A DNA stretch of 56,549 nt from Salisapilia sapeloensis CBS 127946 (Eukaryota > Protista > Oomycota): positions 1 through 56,549 of the forward strand of contig JAADVB010000112.1 of the NCBI GenBank assembly GCA_023334545.1, in the 5' to 3' direction. The translations under genes were made by a program, and so were the position numbers. The notes under the pieces are model-generated. The model was not told the DNA's origin and did not search any database. It saw only the letters and a list, made by a program, of their open reading frames with translations. Every line of letters begins with the position of its first letter. Within the stretch, counting starts at the first letter, position 1. Positions 30,401 through 40,193 of the stretch are shown here, in pieces.

Positions 30401-31456
30401 CTTTTTCAACGAAAACTCAAAGTTCGTCACTTCGTTTCCAATGTACGCTTCTTGGAAGGCTGCTGCAACTGCATCGCGGTATTCGACTGGTACGAGCAGC
30501 TCCACGAGATCCTTGCCCATCACTTCGTCCACCGAGTACTCGGTCGCTTGGCAGGACGACTGGTTGAAGATGACTGTCCGGCCTTCCATATCGACACCAA
30601 CGATATTCGTATTCGCAGAATCGATAAACTTTTCATACACTCGTTCCTTTGCTTTGCGTTCGGTAATATCATGACCGATGATCATGACGCCAAAGACGTC
30701 GCCATTCGCATCCACACGCGGCGTGAAGCTCACCATTAGATGCACTTCTTCCGTACGAGCAGATCGGAGGGGCATCTCCAGTTCTGGACTCGGCTTTACG
30801 AGCCGAACGCATTCTTCAATGTGACTGTAGATGACATCGTGGTACTCCTCTGGCATATCCCGAAGAATCGACTCACCAATCATCTCGGCAGACGTGTATC
30901 CGGTCAGCATCGACACACTTGGGTTCCACGCCGTTACGCGACCTTCCGTGTCTAGCTCGACAATGGATGCGCTGCCGTGGTTGACAACTTCGGCGTACTG
31001 TCGTTCATGGCCTGCCCAGTCCGTCACGTCCTGACCGATGGCGTACACGCCTACGATCTCATCTTTCCCACTTGTGCTGTCGATAATCGGCGTAAGATTT
31101 GTCCAAAAGTGGGCTTGTAAACCATCTGCCGTGACGATCCGTAGCGTCGTCTCGGCAGTCTCGACACCATCATGCAGTGCGAGCTCTAGACTCTTCCTCG
31201 CCTGTTCCCGCGCGTCTCGACCTGCAAATTGATCCAGCAGCGGCTGGCCTAGCACATGTGACGCTGGTATACTTGTCATAAACTCCATCTTCGAGTTCCA
31301 GAACGCGACTTTGCCATCTTTATCGACACCACAAGTCGGTGCCGTCGCGCTCGAAAGCACTTTAAAGAAAGCATCTGCCACGGGGGACTGGAAGAATTCG
31401 TCCCGTTCGCTTGCGAGAGCTGGCAACGCCAACGGCGTGCCAACTTCGGCGCTCAT
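21422..31456 (-). CDS. HK1: giant soluble hybrid histidine kinase, 20 PAS - HisKA - HATPase_c - receiver - HPt, C-terminal CaaX (3344 aa)
   Basis: Single ORF. H-box SFSHELRTPLNG; N box QVLLNLLSNAIKFT; G1 VIDTGIGM; G2 GSGLGLAIC; receiver VVEDN...IFMDCEMPVMDG...KP; HPt RESHSLKGSASYV. 20 PAS units counted; no TM segment seen. Confidence 0.96.
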   Translation of the reverse strand: MSAEVGTPLALPALASERDEFFQSPVADAFFKVLSSATAPTCGVDKDGKVAFWNSKMEFMTSIPASHVLGQPLLDQFAGRDAREQARKSLELALHDGVETAETTLRIVTADGLQAHFWTNLTPIIDSTSGKDEIVGVYAIGQDVTDWAGHERQYAEVVNHGSASIVELDTEGRVTAWNPSVSMLTGYTSAEMIGESILRDMPEEYHDVIYSHIEECVRLVKPSPELEMPLRSARTEEVHLMVSFTPRVDANGDVFGVMIIGHDITERKAKERVYEKFIDSANTNIVGVDMEGRTVIFNQSSCQATEYSVDEVMGKDLVELLVPVEYRDAVAAAFQEAYIGNEVTNFEFSLKKKSGKRFEVLLNITPWFDHLGRITGAVGIGQDITDRIIQEQEHRRLIDTANAPIFGVDSEFKITSWNKKAATITQYPVEYMMGKNIAFMVVDEFKSALFDILSKAFDGHETANFEMPVMTRSGQRRIILLNATPRSDHVGNIVGAVGIGQDITERRTQEQEYTRLIDTANAPIFGVDRDLSVNIWNRKAARITEYPGFDVLGANLVESFIPKEYQEKVGGVLEQALVGVETANFEFPLISRTGRRVEILLNATPRYDEQGEIIGVVGIGQDITDRIMQEREYSRLIDTANAPIVGVDKDGLVTIWNRKAAEITQFSGDEVVGEDLVQQFVSEDAREAVESALNKALDGAQTAIFDFPLTTKTGRRVEILLNATPRYNEMGQIVGVVGIGQDITERLAQEQEFTRLIDTANAPIFGVDADGLVNIWNRKAAEITQYTNDDVMGENLVEKFITEDYRKAVGYVLDKALDGTETANFEFPLITKTGRRVEILLNATSRFNEHGQVKGMVGIGQDITDRIAQEQEYTRLIDTANAPIFGVDQDGRVNIWNRKAAEITQYTPKDVMGENLVEKFITEGYKEAVGFVLDKALSGKETANFEFPLMTKAGRRVEILLNATSRYNELGEVKGMVGIGQDITDRIAQEQEYTRLIDTANAPIFGVDAEGRVNIWNRKAAEIMQYTSSDVMGEHLVEKFITEGYKQAVGSVLNKALLGSETANFAFPLITKTGRRVEILLNATSRYNELGEVKGVVGIGQDITDRIAQEQEYTRLIDTANAPIFGVDASGRVNIWNRKAAEVTLHSPSDVMGENLVEKFITEGYKEAVGDVLQKALNGTETANFEFPLMTKTGRRVEILLNATPRYNEHGQVKGMVGIGQDITDRIAQEQEYTRLIDTANAPIFGMDADGLVNIWNRKAAEITQYSNEDVMGEHLVNKFITDDYKEAVGYVLSKALEGKETANFEFPLMTKAGRRVEILLNATSRYNEHGQVIGMVGIGQDITDRIAQEQEYTRLIDTANAPIFGVDSNGRVNIWNRKAAEITQYTNDDVMGENLVEKFITEGYKEAVASVLSKALEDVETANFEFPLMTKVGRRLEILLNATPRYNEHGQVMGMVGIGQDITDRIAQEQEYTRLIDTANAPIFGVDSRGLVNIWNRKAAEITQHAPSDVMGEHLVNKFITEGYKQAVGSVLRKALGGAETANFEFPLMTKTGRRVEILLNATPRYNEHGQVIGMVGIGQDITDRIAQEQEYTRLIDTANAPIFGVDAEGRVNIWNRKAAEITQYTSKDVMGEHLVNKFITEGYKDAVGFVLRNALEGQETANFEFPLMTKAGRRVEILLNATSRYNEHGRVKGMVGIGQDITNRIAQEQEYTRLIDTANAPIFGVDSEGLVNIWNRKAAEITQYSNGDVVGEHLVNKFITKDYKEAVGSVLRKALAGFETANFEFPLITKAGSRVEILLNATPRYNEHGQVIGMVGIGQDITERIAQEQEYTRLIDKANAPIFGVDMDGRLNIWNNKAAHITQYSREEVMGESLVDNFIAEENRALADEVVRKALQGDESSNFEILLMTKTERKLNILLNAAARFDQHGQIVGIVGIGQDITDRIAQEQEYTRLIDTANAPIFGVDSKGCVNIWNKKAAEITQYTTDHVLGQNLVDKFITEDYREAVGSVLDKALSGAETANFEFPLITRIGRRLDILLNATSRFNEHGQVIGMVGIGQDISDRIAQEQEYSRLIDTANAPIFGVDSEYKVIIWNRKAAHITQYTNAEVLGEDLINKFISEEYRDLVRNVFSQALSGVETANFEFPLITKGNRRVEILLNATPKFGQQGDIVGVVGIGQDITDRLAQEQEYSRLIDTANAPIFGVDADMCVNIWNKKAAQITNYSIQEVMGENLVETFISPEFRPIVAEVLSKALQGIQTANFEFPLITRPGTRIEILLNATPRNDSNGNIVGVVGIGQDITDRIAQEHEYFRLIDTANAPIFGVDTNGCINEWNQKIEEITGYHKSTVLGLSLVHTFIIPESRKQVRQLLNQALIGIDVGEMELPMTTKRGAFLLLLVNASSKKDMHGNIRGVIGVGQDYTARKQMEAAKVNFLASFSHELRTPLNGVLGMLELLKEAKLEETSQRYVNMAYVSGSLLLNLINDILDLSKIEAGQLEISAAPFEMQDLLEYSIEIFKFRARDRGLKLELECDKNVPSDAIGDVFRLRQVLLNLLSNAIKFTNEGGVTVKCSVVRAPELPATFRKLLFQVIDTGIGMDAEEKQRLFSLFTKLERTRQNNPTGSGLGLAICKQLVELMDGQIDVDSELSVGSNFFFTVVVRLLNDEVDPMYKHMLTQRMLNDNGNIRVEDEPPESEPKDQDQAFEPVSSDTGKVNKNGANIPDITIPDQVSILVVEDNEFNWEVVKCFLQEEDHRLQWEVNGRDAVEAYKVHHESFDMIFMDCEMPVMDGYAAATAIRQFEATNHLPRIPVLGLTAYAMSGDRQKCLDAGMDEFMVKPIPKNTLLKAIHQWIRVRVIACMRHEDPDAFPPEHYSAEWHSLGSNSAETKPKKSITFAPEVSRSSSDFSEKQRRGSFRGMDEYNEQLEDKFESNSRKLVPASQHMQQLDLARAISNLELDDPMAINRQGNRRTYRVAAPATSIFSLGTNSSSKSTSNSDILNFRRDGNGSIIETPDWMESDVTSTTFPATLDRNLQPTTADDQVKPTVDMKDPTLWSHPPFKREMPPRESVLRKMKSADMADSIHSNGNESFRFPGLVEVDEEDEEDEEDKRKGSMSDSAITRMSPAAAYNPAGKMESPQGLNLAEESKAPQSEKINSTIGPKEEATPKPKISPMDIEIPEGDPVDVSRGVQQCGGVDDLFMKLLEKFAINCGNVMAKIFEAHEINDYATLRRESHSLKGSASYVAASRVSKAAYRVQLASEQVMNYQEEHDLPTNDPRMIDPALKKVVDDSLKVLKKERTLLFGYLRRNYEFKNVLQNQQQQQQPRSSPASTKEERKEGNCGVM
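24170..30250 (-). repeat. Coding tandem repeat, 360-nt (120-aa) PAS unit
   Basis: The c(a/g)aagat/caacgat anchor recurs exactly every 360 nt from 24481 to 29881 (16 copies); the next copy is 357 nt further on, at 30238. Confidence 0.97.
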
Positions 31457-32102
31457 GCTACTTTCGACGAGCTTTCGACGATTCGTGCAATAGAATTCGA
31501 GTCCAAGGTTGGATCCCTTCGACTAACACGCCAACGTTTGAGCGAGTCTTGCCTAGTAGACTTCTGGAAGTATACCTTGCCTTGATAACAAGCAACGGCT
31601 CTCCTCTACGGCGACAAAGCTTCCGTACAGAGAAAGAGATAGTGATTCTAACCTCTCCCCGGCCAACTGGTGGAAACTATGCTCGAGAGATGGGCATACT
31701 CAGCTCCAGTCAAAAAAGAAGGAGGGACGATCGGAACAAAGAGGGTCCACGGATCTTGAAAGGCTGTATTTGAAGAGACGCCTTGATCAGCTCGATGGCT
31801 GGAAACGCAACATAGATACCCGACCTAGCACATGCTTAAAGCTGGAAGACTATAGTTAAAATTGTCTATTTGCAGAATAGGAGCGGATATGCAGGGTTCT
31901 TGGTTTGTCATATACAGTCCTGTGCCCAGCTTTTACGTAGTAACTTCAAGTGGTTCGTAGGCAGCTTTCTATGTCGCTACGTCGAGTGACCTAGACCTGT
32001 AGCTATATGATCAGTCAAGTCGGAACGGGTGCGACCAAGTCGAATGTATTGATCTACCGACCTTTTAGGACAGACTAGATGTACTATTCTACACGCATAC
32101 TA

Positions 32103-35100
32103 TCATCGTGTGTGCGGTCGAGTATAGAAATCATTGTAATTGAGTTGCTGGACAAGTTCGCTGACACCAGCAACCGCGCCCGTGGATTCCATGCTTGCAA
32201 GTATCCCCACTAGAAATCGTGCCTGACGAGAAAAATCATTTCCAATCGCATCCACTTCCCGAGCATCTTTCCACCAAGATGCATGTACATCACTAGCCTC
32301 TACATCACAATGCCGATCTAATGCATCCAAATATGTGTCGCAAACGCGTAGGAAGTGAAGGGATCGGTTCAAAGGTCCAAGGATATGGCGACGTAGTTGC
32401 TCATGCTAGCGACAAAACCGACATCAGCAGAGCATAATAGGACACACTACATAGGTGTCTACCTTGTCTAGCAGAAAGCTGTCGCACAGTAGCCGATTGA
32501 GATAGGCGTTATGCTCTTCATCCATCTACAAGCACGATAAAGAGTTCGTACGGAATGACAAAAGTAGATAAGAGGAAGGAGACTACAGACAGCAGCGAGA
32601 GAGGATGCATGGTGGATCTTGTCAAGTGTCTGCTGCCAGGACGGATGATCAATCTGTGATCGAAGGTAGGTCAAGAGTGACTTGACAAAGTGAAGCATCT
32701 CGTGCACGATCGCAAGAGGCTTTTGGACTTGCTTCGTCAATCTACACACATCCCATCTGGTTACAAGATCTTCACAAATGAGTCTTTAGTAAGTCAACGT
32801 ACATGGCAAAGCAGCGTCGTCGCCGAAGAGAGTGCTGGAACTATGCAATGCAGAAAAGGATCATGTAATTGAAGACTAGCTAGCTGTATAGATGGAGTGC
32901 ATACCTGAACGAGGCTTGCCTCCACTGCTTTGACTTGCAGAAGCTGAACGCTAAGGCAAGAATATTTTTGCATGACTTCTGGTCCAAGCAACGTTCGGAG
33001 TGACGGCGTCGAAGCGACTGTAAAATGTAGACATTCAAAGGCGCCCACATCGCTTTCTATACTCTTTGTCTGTTGCACCATCTTGGTCACATCCACTCGC
33101 AACGCAATTTCTTCTGCTATCTTTTCCTGTGTGTCACTCATGACATTCCTTTCGGCTTCCACATCTAGTATAATATCATGGTAGATAGCATCGAGCATTT
33201 CGCTTTTCGCCCATCGTGCTGTAGGAGACGCTATCTCTTGCAGCAGCCGACGACTAAATAAGCTTAAAACATCTTGCTAAAAAGCGTAGAAGGTGATTAT
33301 TGATACTTAGTAGATGAGTACTAGAGGAAAGAAGTACCTGTTGGAAGAGAACGAATGTACGTAAGGCATCCAGGTAGTCTGCATAGCCCAATTCATGAAG
33401 GAATCGATGGACGATGGTGGCATGTAGACCTGAAGAAATGCTTTGGATGGGCGCTAGTAGTGCCTTTTGCATCATTATCGTCACTGGCGTACGCATCCCA
33501 CTATATCGACAGTGTGTCACTACGCTGGCAAATGAGCTCTTCAAGGTACTTTGGTACGCATTACTCTCGTACACGTGCATTGTATGCAGTAAGGACTTAT
33601 TTCCGAATGCTTCTTTTAAAGTCGATCCGACTTCAGACATGACTTTTGGCAGATGCTCTGTTTGCATCTCATAGTCACCACTGGAAGCTCGTTCAACTCC
33701 TTGTCTGTCCTTGTACATTTCTGTACGTTTTGCAAGTAAAGAGTCATTTTCGTCTGCATTTTGAAAGATCTCAACGCGTAGATCAAAGCACAAGCGATCC
33801 AGCATCTCCAGGAATGGTTCCAACGAGCCTTGAAAAAGGTCCAACAGGACGTTATAATCGTTCCATTCACCCTCCAAGTCACTCGACTGGGATCCTGACA
33901 TCTTCAATGCTGTATACAGCTCATCGACAATTGTTTTATCAACGACAGTAGCCTCTATCTCTGTCAAGTTTTGCTTCGATAGGGATTGAAAGACGTGGTG
34001 AATTGTGGCTTGAAGCCACACAACAAAACGAAAGGCTGGACGGAGGTGAATACGTGCACCAAGTAATGTCGGAAGAAGAACATTTTCTGAATCCTCCTCC
34101 TCATCTAGCATCTCCCGCTGAAGAACATGGATCTGTGACTGGATGGTAGTGGCCATTTGCTGCAAGGTATGGCCAAGACCCTCCCACACTACACTTTTGC
34201 TGTCGTTATGTAGTGTATGCGTTCTGGACAGGTTCGTAAAATCTCGTAAGAACTGGAAGCTGGAGATCGGAGGTAAAAAGAAGTTTAGTAAGCTACTAAG
34301 ACTTCCACTGGACAGATGAGAGAGACCAACAGTATCACAAAGGTACACACTCGTCATGGTAAAATCACCCTCAAACATCGTGTCGGACGATCGCTCAAAC
34401 GCGATGGGAGTAGTAGGAATACCGTTTAGAGCGCTAAATACTGCTAGTACTACATCACGCTCCGCAAGAACTTTTGTGGGTGCTTTTGAAAAGGACAAAG
34501 TACGCGTCACCTGGATATTTAGGTCGTTTGGCTCATCGAGTGCAAACGGTGGGTGATCACTCCTGGTTATAGACATTTCCTCTATCTCGTAGCTGTTTTC
34601 GGTAAGACCTGAAGAGTAGGCTGGATAAGCTACTTTGAGCTCTTGTTCTTGGTCTCTTTCATCTGCATCGCTTAAGTATTCGTCGATACTATCCATATCG
34701 CCTTCATGACTGCTGAAGCTGTCTTCGTTAATCGGATAAAGTGTCGGTTCGCCACTGACATCGGACCATTCGCTCCAGTCGTCCATATCATCCTCTTCAT
34801 TCCAAGCATTACGCCACTCTTCATCGACTGCAATTGCAACAAGTTCATTTTTCAGTCGATCTTCTTCCGTCTCGCTTGAATTAATTTCTTCCTCCACCTC
34901 TTCATAATTGTTTTCATGAAAGATCAAGTCTTCTGTAGCGGGTTCTGTCACCTCAAGCAATAATTTGGTGAGATTATAGTCACATACTTCAGCGAGTTCA
35001 AGTAGACGACTCGCTTCCTTCTCCATTCCATGTAGACGCCATTTGCGACCAATACCATGGACTTCATCCTTGACGTCCTGTGGCGTCGAATCAAGATATT

Positions 35101-35227
35101 TGTTATTGTAGACAGCTGCCAATGCCTCATCAACTTTGTCTTCATCATTCACTTCCAATTGAGTGCACAAAGTCGATACAAGAGGTCCCCAATGACGCTC
35201 AGCCCATGCCGGCGTCGCTCTTGACAT
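32103..35227 (-). CDS. TUBGCP5: Gamma-tubulin complex component, GCP5-like (Spc97/Spc98 family), multi-exon
   Basis: N-terminal NKYLD...VHGIGRKWRLHG and the acidic insert with EEWR/DWS resemble GCP5; LAERDVVLAVFSAL precedes the GRIP1 region; ends with the GCP-type LVQQLNYNDFY. Exon ORFs: 33254-35260, 32794-33198, 32468-32749, 32103-32372. Confidence 0.75.
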
Positions 35228-35877
35228 GTTGCGTTCAATTTTCGTGTCTACATGTCGCACGAATGTCGTTTGTATACAACTTCAATATCGCGTCTTCGAG
35301 CGACTTCATTGTGCCCATTAAAGCAGTCTTTGACTGCTCTTCCTTCCACATTACCATGCCAATAAGAACTACATCATACAATCATTGCTGTGAACAATCT
35401 AATTTCTCTAATACACATTGTTTCAGTCTATTTCTATTGATGTTCCGGTGTCGGATATGATATACTTAGAAGAAATTGAAGAAATCTATTTGGATAAACA
35501 AATCAAAATGTAATAAACCTTTTTCATTAAGAAGTAGAGCTACTCAGATCACCATGCGTTAGCTTACCTAAAGACTCATTCTAGATGACGTTTTTTTATT
35601 CGATCGCATCTCTCGCTTACATTTCCGACAGTTGGAAAAGTCTGGGTCATGTTTCTTGAGTCATCGAGTCACTACATCCTGATGCGCGCTTTCACTCGTC
35701 TAAATCGTACTCGCCAAATATCTCTCCGGTCGGTTGCGATGGAGATAAACTAGAATATTCAAATGACCATTTAAGACCGCAAACTCAATTGCATACTATG
35801 AGCATCCTTCCGTTTGATTCTCGTTAAGAAACTTGACGGCATCTAGGCGTTCTACTCTGATGGCTAAATCCATCGCC

Positions 35878-37633
35878 TCACTCATCCCTAAATTTGTTTT
35901 TTCTCAACCACTCATCGACATAAAAAAAAGCCACGGCTAGACGCCTCGTAGTACGCTGCAATGGTGCACCCTTCAGACCGGTTCTCGTGGAGAAACTTGA
36001 CAATATCGAGATTTCCGCTGCCAGCTGCGCTATCCATGGCCTCTTGCGTGCACCCTTCAGTTCGATTAGCATGCAACCACTTGACCATTGGTAAGTGGCC
36101 ATGGCGACAAGCGCCATCCATAGCATCTTCAGTGCATCCATCATCCCGATTCTCATGTAGCCACTTGACGACATTCATGTGTCCGTAGGTTGCTGCCACG
36201 TCCATGATCACTTTTGTTGAAGAGATAGTTTCAGTCTTTAAGAGAAACTCGATCATTTTTAGATGACCATATACGGCAGCTTCTCGAGCACAGGACATTG
36301 CATCCGCTTTCCTTGTCTCCAAAAGAAAAGAAAGTGTTTCGATATCCGCATCTCGTATTGCTGCATCTCTTACATGATCTGTATTCGCATCTGGATGTAA
36401 AGCATAAAGTCCCTTTACCATTTCCAACCGATCATACGCTTCTACATCGTCCTTTAATACGCCAAGGAGATATGCTACGACATGCATTTGGCCACAATCG
36501 GCTGCGATTGATAGCATCGCTCGTTTGTTTCGCTCTAACACCTTTGGATAGTGCTCACTTAGCAAACGAATGGAGCCGAGATCACCGGCAGCAGCACCCT
36601 CATCGAGTCCAAGATAGGCGAAAGCATCTTGAGGTGGGGCCTTGGACAGCAGCCAACGCAGTACATTCACGCCCGGATTGCATCTTTTTCTATATAACAA
36701 GTCATGGATTGCTTTCTCCTGCTTGTCTGTTGTAAATTGTTCATACAGAAATTGGACGGTTTCCAACTGGTCTCTCGAAGCTGCCTCTTCAATCGCCCTT
36801 GTGTTTTCGAGCCTTTCTTCTCGATGAGTTAATAGCCACTTGATCGTTTTTATTTGACCGTTCCGAGCGGCCAGATCGAACATTTCAGGCAGATAGTCAC
36901 GCCCTCTTTTGGCCTTACGAGTGGATAGCCACTCGAGGATGTGGATGTGGCCATTCAAAGCCGCTCCTATCATCGCTTCAATCGTAAATCCTTCCTTTCG
37001 GTTTTCTTCTAGCCACTCCAATATATGCAAATGACCGTTCGTTGCAGCTCCATCCATAGCAGACCTTGTGCATCCTTCAATTCGATTTTGGTGGAGCCAT
37101 TGGACTAATTCTAAATGCCCTCCGGTGCAAGCATTGTCCATCGCATCGCATGTGGTGGTTTCACTGACGTCGTCTCCAAGTGAGCAGAGCCATTTAATCG
37201 ATTATAGCTGGCCTTATTTAGCTACGTTGTCTATGCAGCTGCGGGTGACCGATGTATATGGTTGACTGGCATACATCCATTTAGCTAAATCCAGATGCCC
37301 GTGGGCGGCAGCGGCTTCGATCGATCGATCTATAAATAACCAATGTGGACGAAAGGAAGTTAGAGTAGCAATTACTTCCGAGCGACTGTATTTGGCAGCG
37401 TTGATGACTGCATCATCCCACTCGCTACGAGGAATGGAGCACTCAACGAGTGTGTACCATCGCTGGAGAAGGTATATCGAGCCGTATTTACTCGCTTTCA
37501 AAATACGTATACTTGGGGATGGATCAAGGAAGGCAGTGATTAATTCAGCTATCTCGTCGCTTAGCGATGGAAACTGGAGCTGCTTGCTTTGAGTCACCAC
37601 ACTCGCGCAGATCAAGGGAGTGGGTACGAGCAT
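35878..37633 (-). pseudogene. Oomycete-type ankyrin-repeat gene with two in-frame TAA codons and a terminal frameshift
   Basis: Repeats of type MDxAAxxGHLxxxxWLHxNRxEGCT. ORFs 37214-37645 and 35912-37141 are in the same frame, separated by TAA at 37214-16 and 37202-04. An A8 run at 35922-35929 shifts the last repeat out of frame. Confidence 0.65.
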
Positions 37634-38362
37634 TACGCTTCTCAAATGCTGTTTGGTTGAAAATAGCTACAAATTAGACGAATAGCTACATGTACGCTTT
37701 TCTTGAAGTTGTATTAAAGTGGGATACGAACTTCTCTTCCAAGTTTCCGGAACTTCAATGACAACCAAAATGCAAGTTACTCGACTGCACGACCTCTTTT
37801 GTGTATTATAGACAACTTGACGTTGATAACTTATATTGATTGGATGGTCCGAGCAGGTATTTACTTCAGCTCCATTATCTAGCATAATGTGCATTTACCC
37901 AGGTGTTGCGAGCCTCAAGAGGATGCAGTAATCCATTTAAGATGAAGAGCTAAAATTCGCGGGAAGGTGCCACTAGTCTATTCAGCATAGCTTGGTCGTT
38001 TAAACAACGATGTACAGCGCTAGCAATACAACTGCTTAGATTATTCATTGTGAAAGTTTTCGCTTCGGTACACATTTCGGTGATGTAGAATAATCTTCGA
38101 CAGTGCAGAGGCCATGCGAACTTTACCAGATCTATAAAAGCGGTGATAGAGCATACACGATCAATGTATATGTTGCGTACATCAGTGCCACTTATAGCCT
38201 GTATCTATCTTTTGAGCAGGTTGGAACATATTTAAATTCAGAGTTACTACTCAAATGCTTGGATGCATATATATAGTAAGGAAAGACCAGTAAACCATAT
38301 TTCGTTAGGAAGAGTACTACGGATGTGCACATATTCTCTTGGTCTATAAGCTAACTATTGAT

Positions 38363-40008
38363 CTAGACGCGCACGCGCACGTTCAAATAGAGATGAATGG
38401 GTCGTTTAAGCAACTGTTCAATCTCCTTTCTCGCCGCAACTCCCACTGCTCGAACAGAGTCTCCATTGTGCCCAATAACCATCCGGCGCATGCGAGATGA
38501 AGGTACCTAATTCCATCAATTAGTTGTATTCTTCCATTCATCTTTGCGCACTTCACACGTACAAATAGGTCCTGATCGATCCTGAGACTATTATCCTTGA
38601 ACTTGGTCCATCCACTACAGTCTCATAAGGTCAAAGCTATGCCATATACCTAGGTATGAGTGCTGTACATACATATTCTCTTGCTGAATGGCATACGGAA
38701 TCTCCTGATTAAACCTTCGGAACAAATTGCCTCGAATGATTTCACTCACGAGTTCCACATCCGACTGATTGGATCGCATGGATGAATGGTAGTTCCATGG
38801 TTTTGAAAGTGCCATTGATCCCAACCTCTTCTTCAGAACGTCGATTCCAGTTCCTTTCTTTGCTGATATCCGCATGACATTCTCTTCGCCGATAAGTTCC
38901 TCCACATCCATACCCAACGCGCTCGACTCTTTCTCGTAGTCATTCTTATCGTACACTCGTTTCACAAGATCAGATACTTGACGCATTTTAATCGAAGCGT
39001 TCATAAGCTCCTTTCGCGACACGACTAGATCCCACTTGTTGAACACGAGGAGTGTCGGGATGGCAGATTGCGCCGACGACGTCAATACTTTTTCAATCGC
39101 GTCCAACGCATCATTCTCCAGGCGTTTCACGGCGTCAATGACCAAGAGAGATAGATCCATACCGTCCGACACGGTCTCATTCGCAGTCGTAACGAGCGAT
39201 CGCACGTATGTATGACTCTCCCTAGACAAGGCGTTAACAGATGCAGACAAGATTATGGATTGTGTGCTCGTACTTTGGTTTGATAAGACCCGGTGTATCG
39301 TAGAAACAGATCTGAGTATCGTCCTGGGTGAAAATGCCTAGCACTTGCTCCCGAGTCGTATTGTATTTTGTAGATACGGCTGAAATCTATGCACAATTAA
39401 TATTAGATAATGCTTAATGGTAAACTATGCATGCAACGTACATTGACGTCCAGTAGGCTGTTCATGAGTGAGGATTTGCCTGCGTTTGGTCGACCTAGGA
39501 CAGCAACATCCAGACCTTTGGGATTCGGAGGTTCATCTGGGATAAGCATATCACGATTACGAGCGTGATCAGACGCTGACTTCATGTTTACAAAGTGCTT
39601 TTGCGTGGCTGCGACCGGAACACGCTGTGGCACTCGGTTCTTAGACGGCGCTTCCTCCTTTGCCTCTTTCGTTGGTGCAGCATCATCTAGCGGTAGCAAG
39701 CCAAGTCGTTGCATTCGTCGCCGGTTCTCAGTCTCCTTCATTTGTTTCTTCGAGACTCTACGAGGTTCTCGAGCGACCGAGTTCTGTCGCAACGTCTCCC
39801 ATCTCTTCTCGAGATCATCTTCCGGTGTCTCTCGACGGTCTTTCCGAGGTTCTCGTGTCTTTTCAGAAGACTGGCGATAGCGTGATGATGAAGTATATCT
39901 GCACGTACGCCATGCCAAGTTGGAAGTTGGCAAAGCATTGACAGACCGACGTACAGACATAAATCGCTGCATGCTGGATGTATCAATTCGACCAACTTTG
40001 ATTGGCAT
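38363..40008 (-). CDS. ERAL1: Era GTPase (ERAL1-like, probably mitochondrial), multi-exon
   Basis: VAVLGRPNAGKSSL, NTTRE, YDTPG, NKWD, ISAKKGTG, EIIR...QEIPY and the KH domain MVIGHNG...IHLYLNV; Arg/Ser-rich N-terminus resembles a targeting peptide. Confidence 0.92.
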
Positions 40009-40193
40009 CGGCTTTGTGGTACACTATGGGTCCTTTTCTATGATTCTATAGGTGTTAATAATTTGGGACATGTGGAAAAAGTGAGTTGTTTACGCGAACA
40101 CAAAAATCCTGAAAGGCTGTAAAGGAAGAGATGTAGCTATCAGTTCCACCCGTTTGCCACCTACTACAATCCTATTTTCCAAGAAGCACAGCG

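Noticed and set aside
24332-31232. Many plus-strand ORFs with recurring text (STPKIGALAVSIRRVYSCS...) opposite HK1, and equivalent ones opposite HK2
   Set aside because: Antisense shadows of the 360-nt coding repeat; they have no independent protein features.
37202-37216. Possible reassignment of TAA to a sense codon
   Set aside because: TAA terminates conserved genes at the expected positions (RNase H2A, Tctex, DENN, HK1), so the code is standard.
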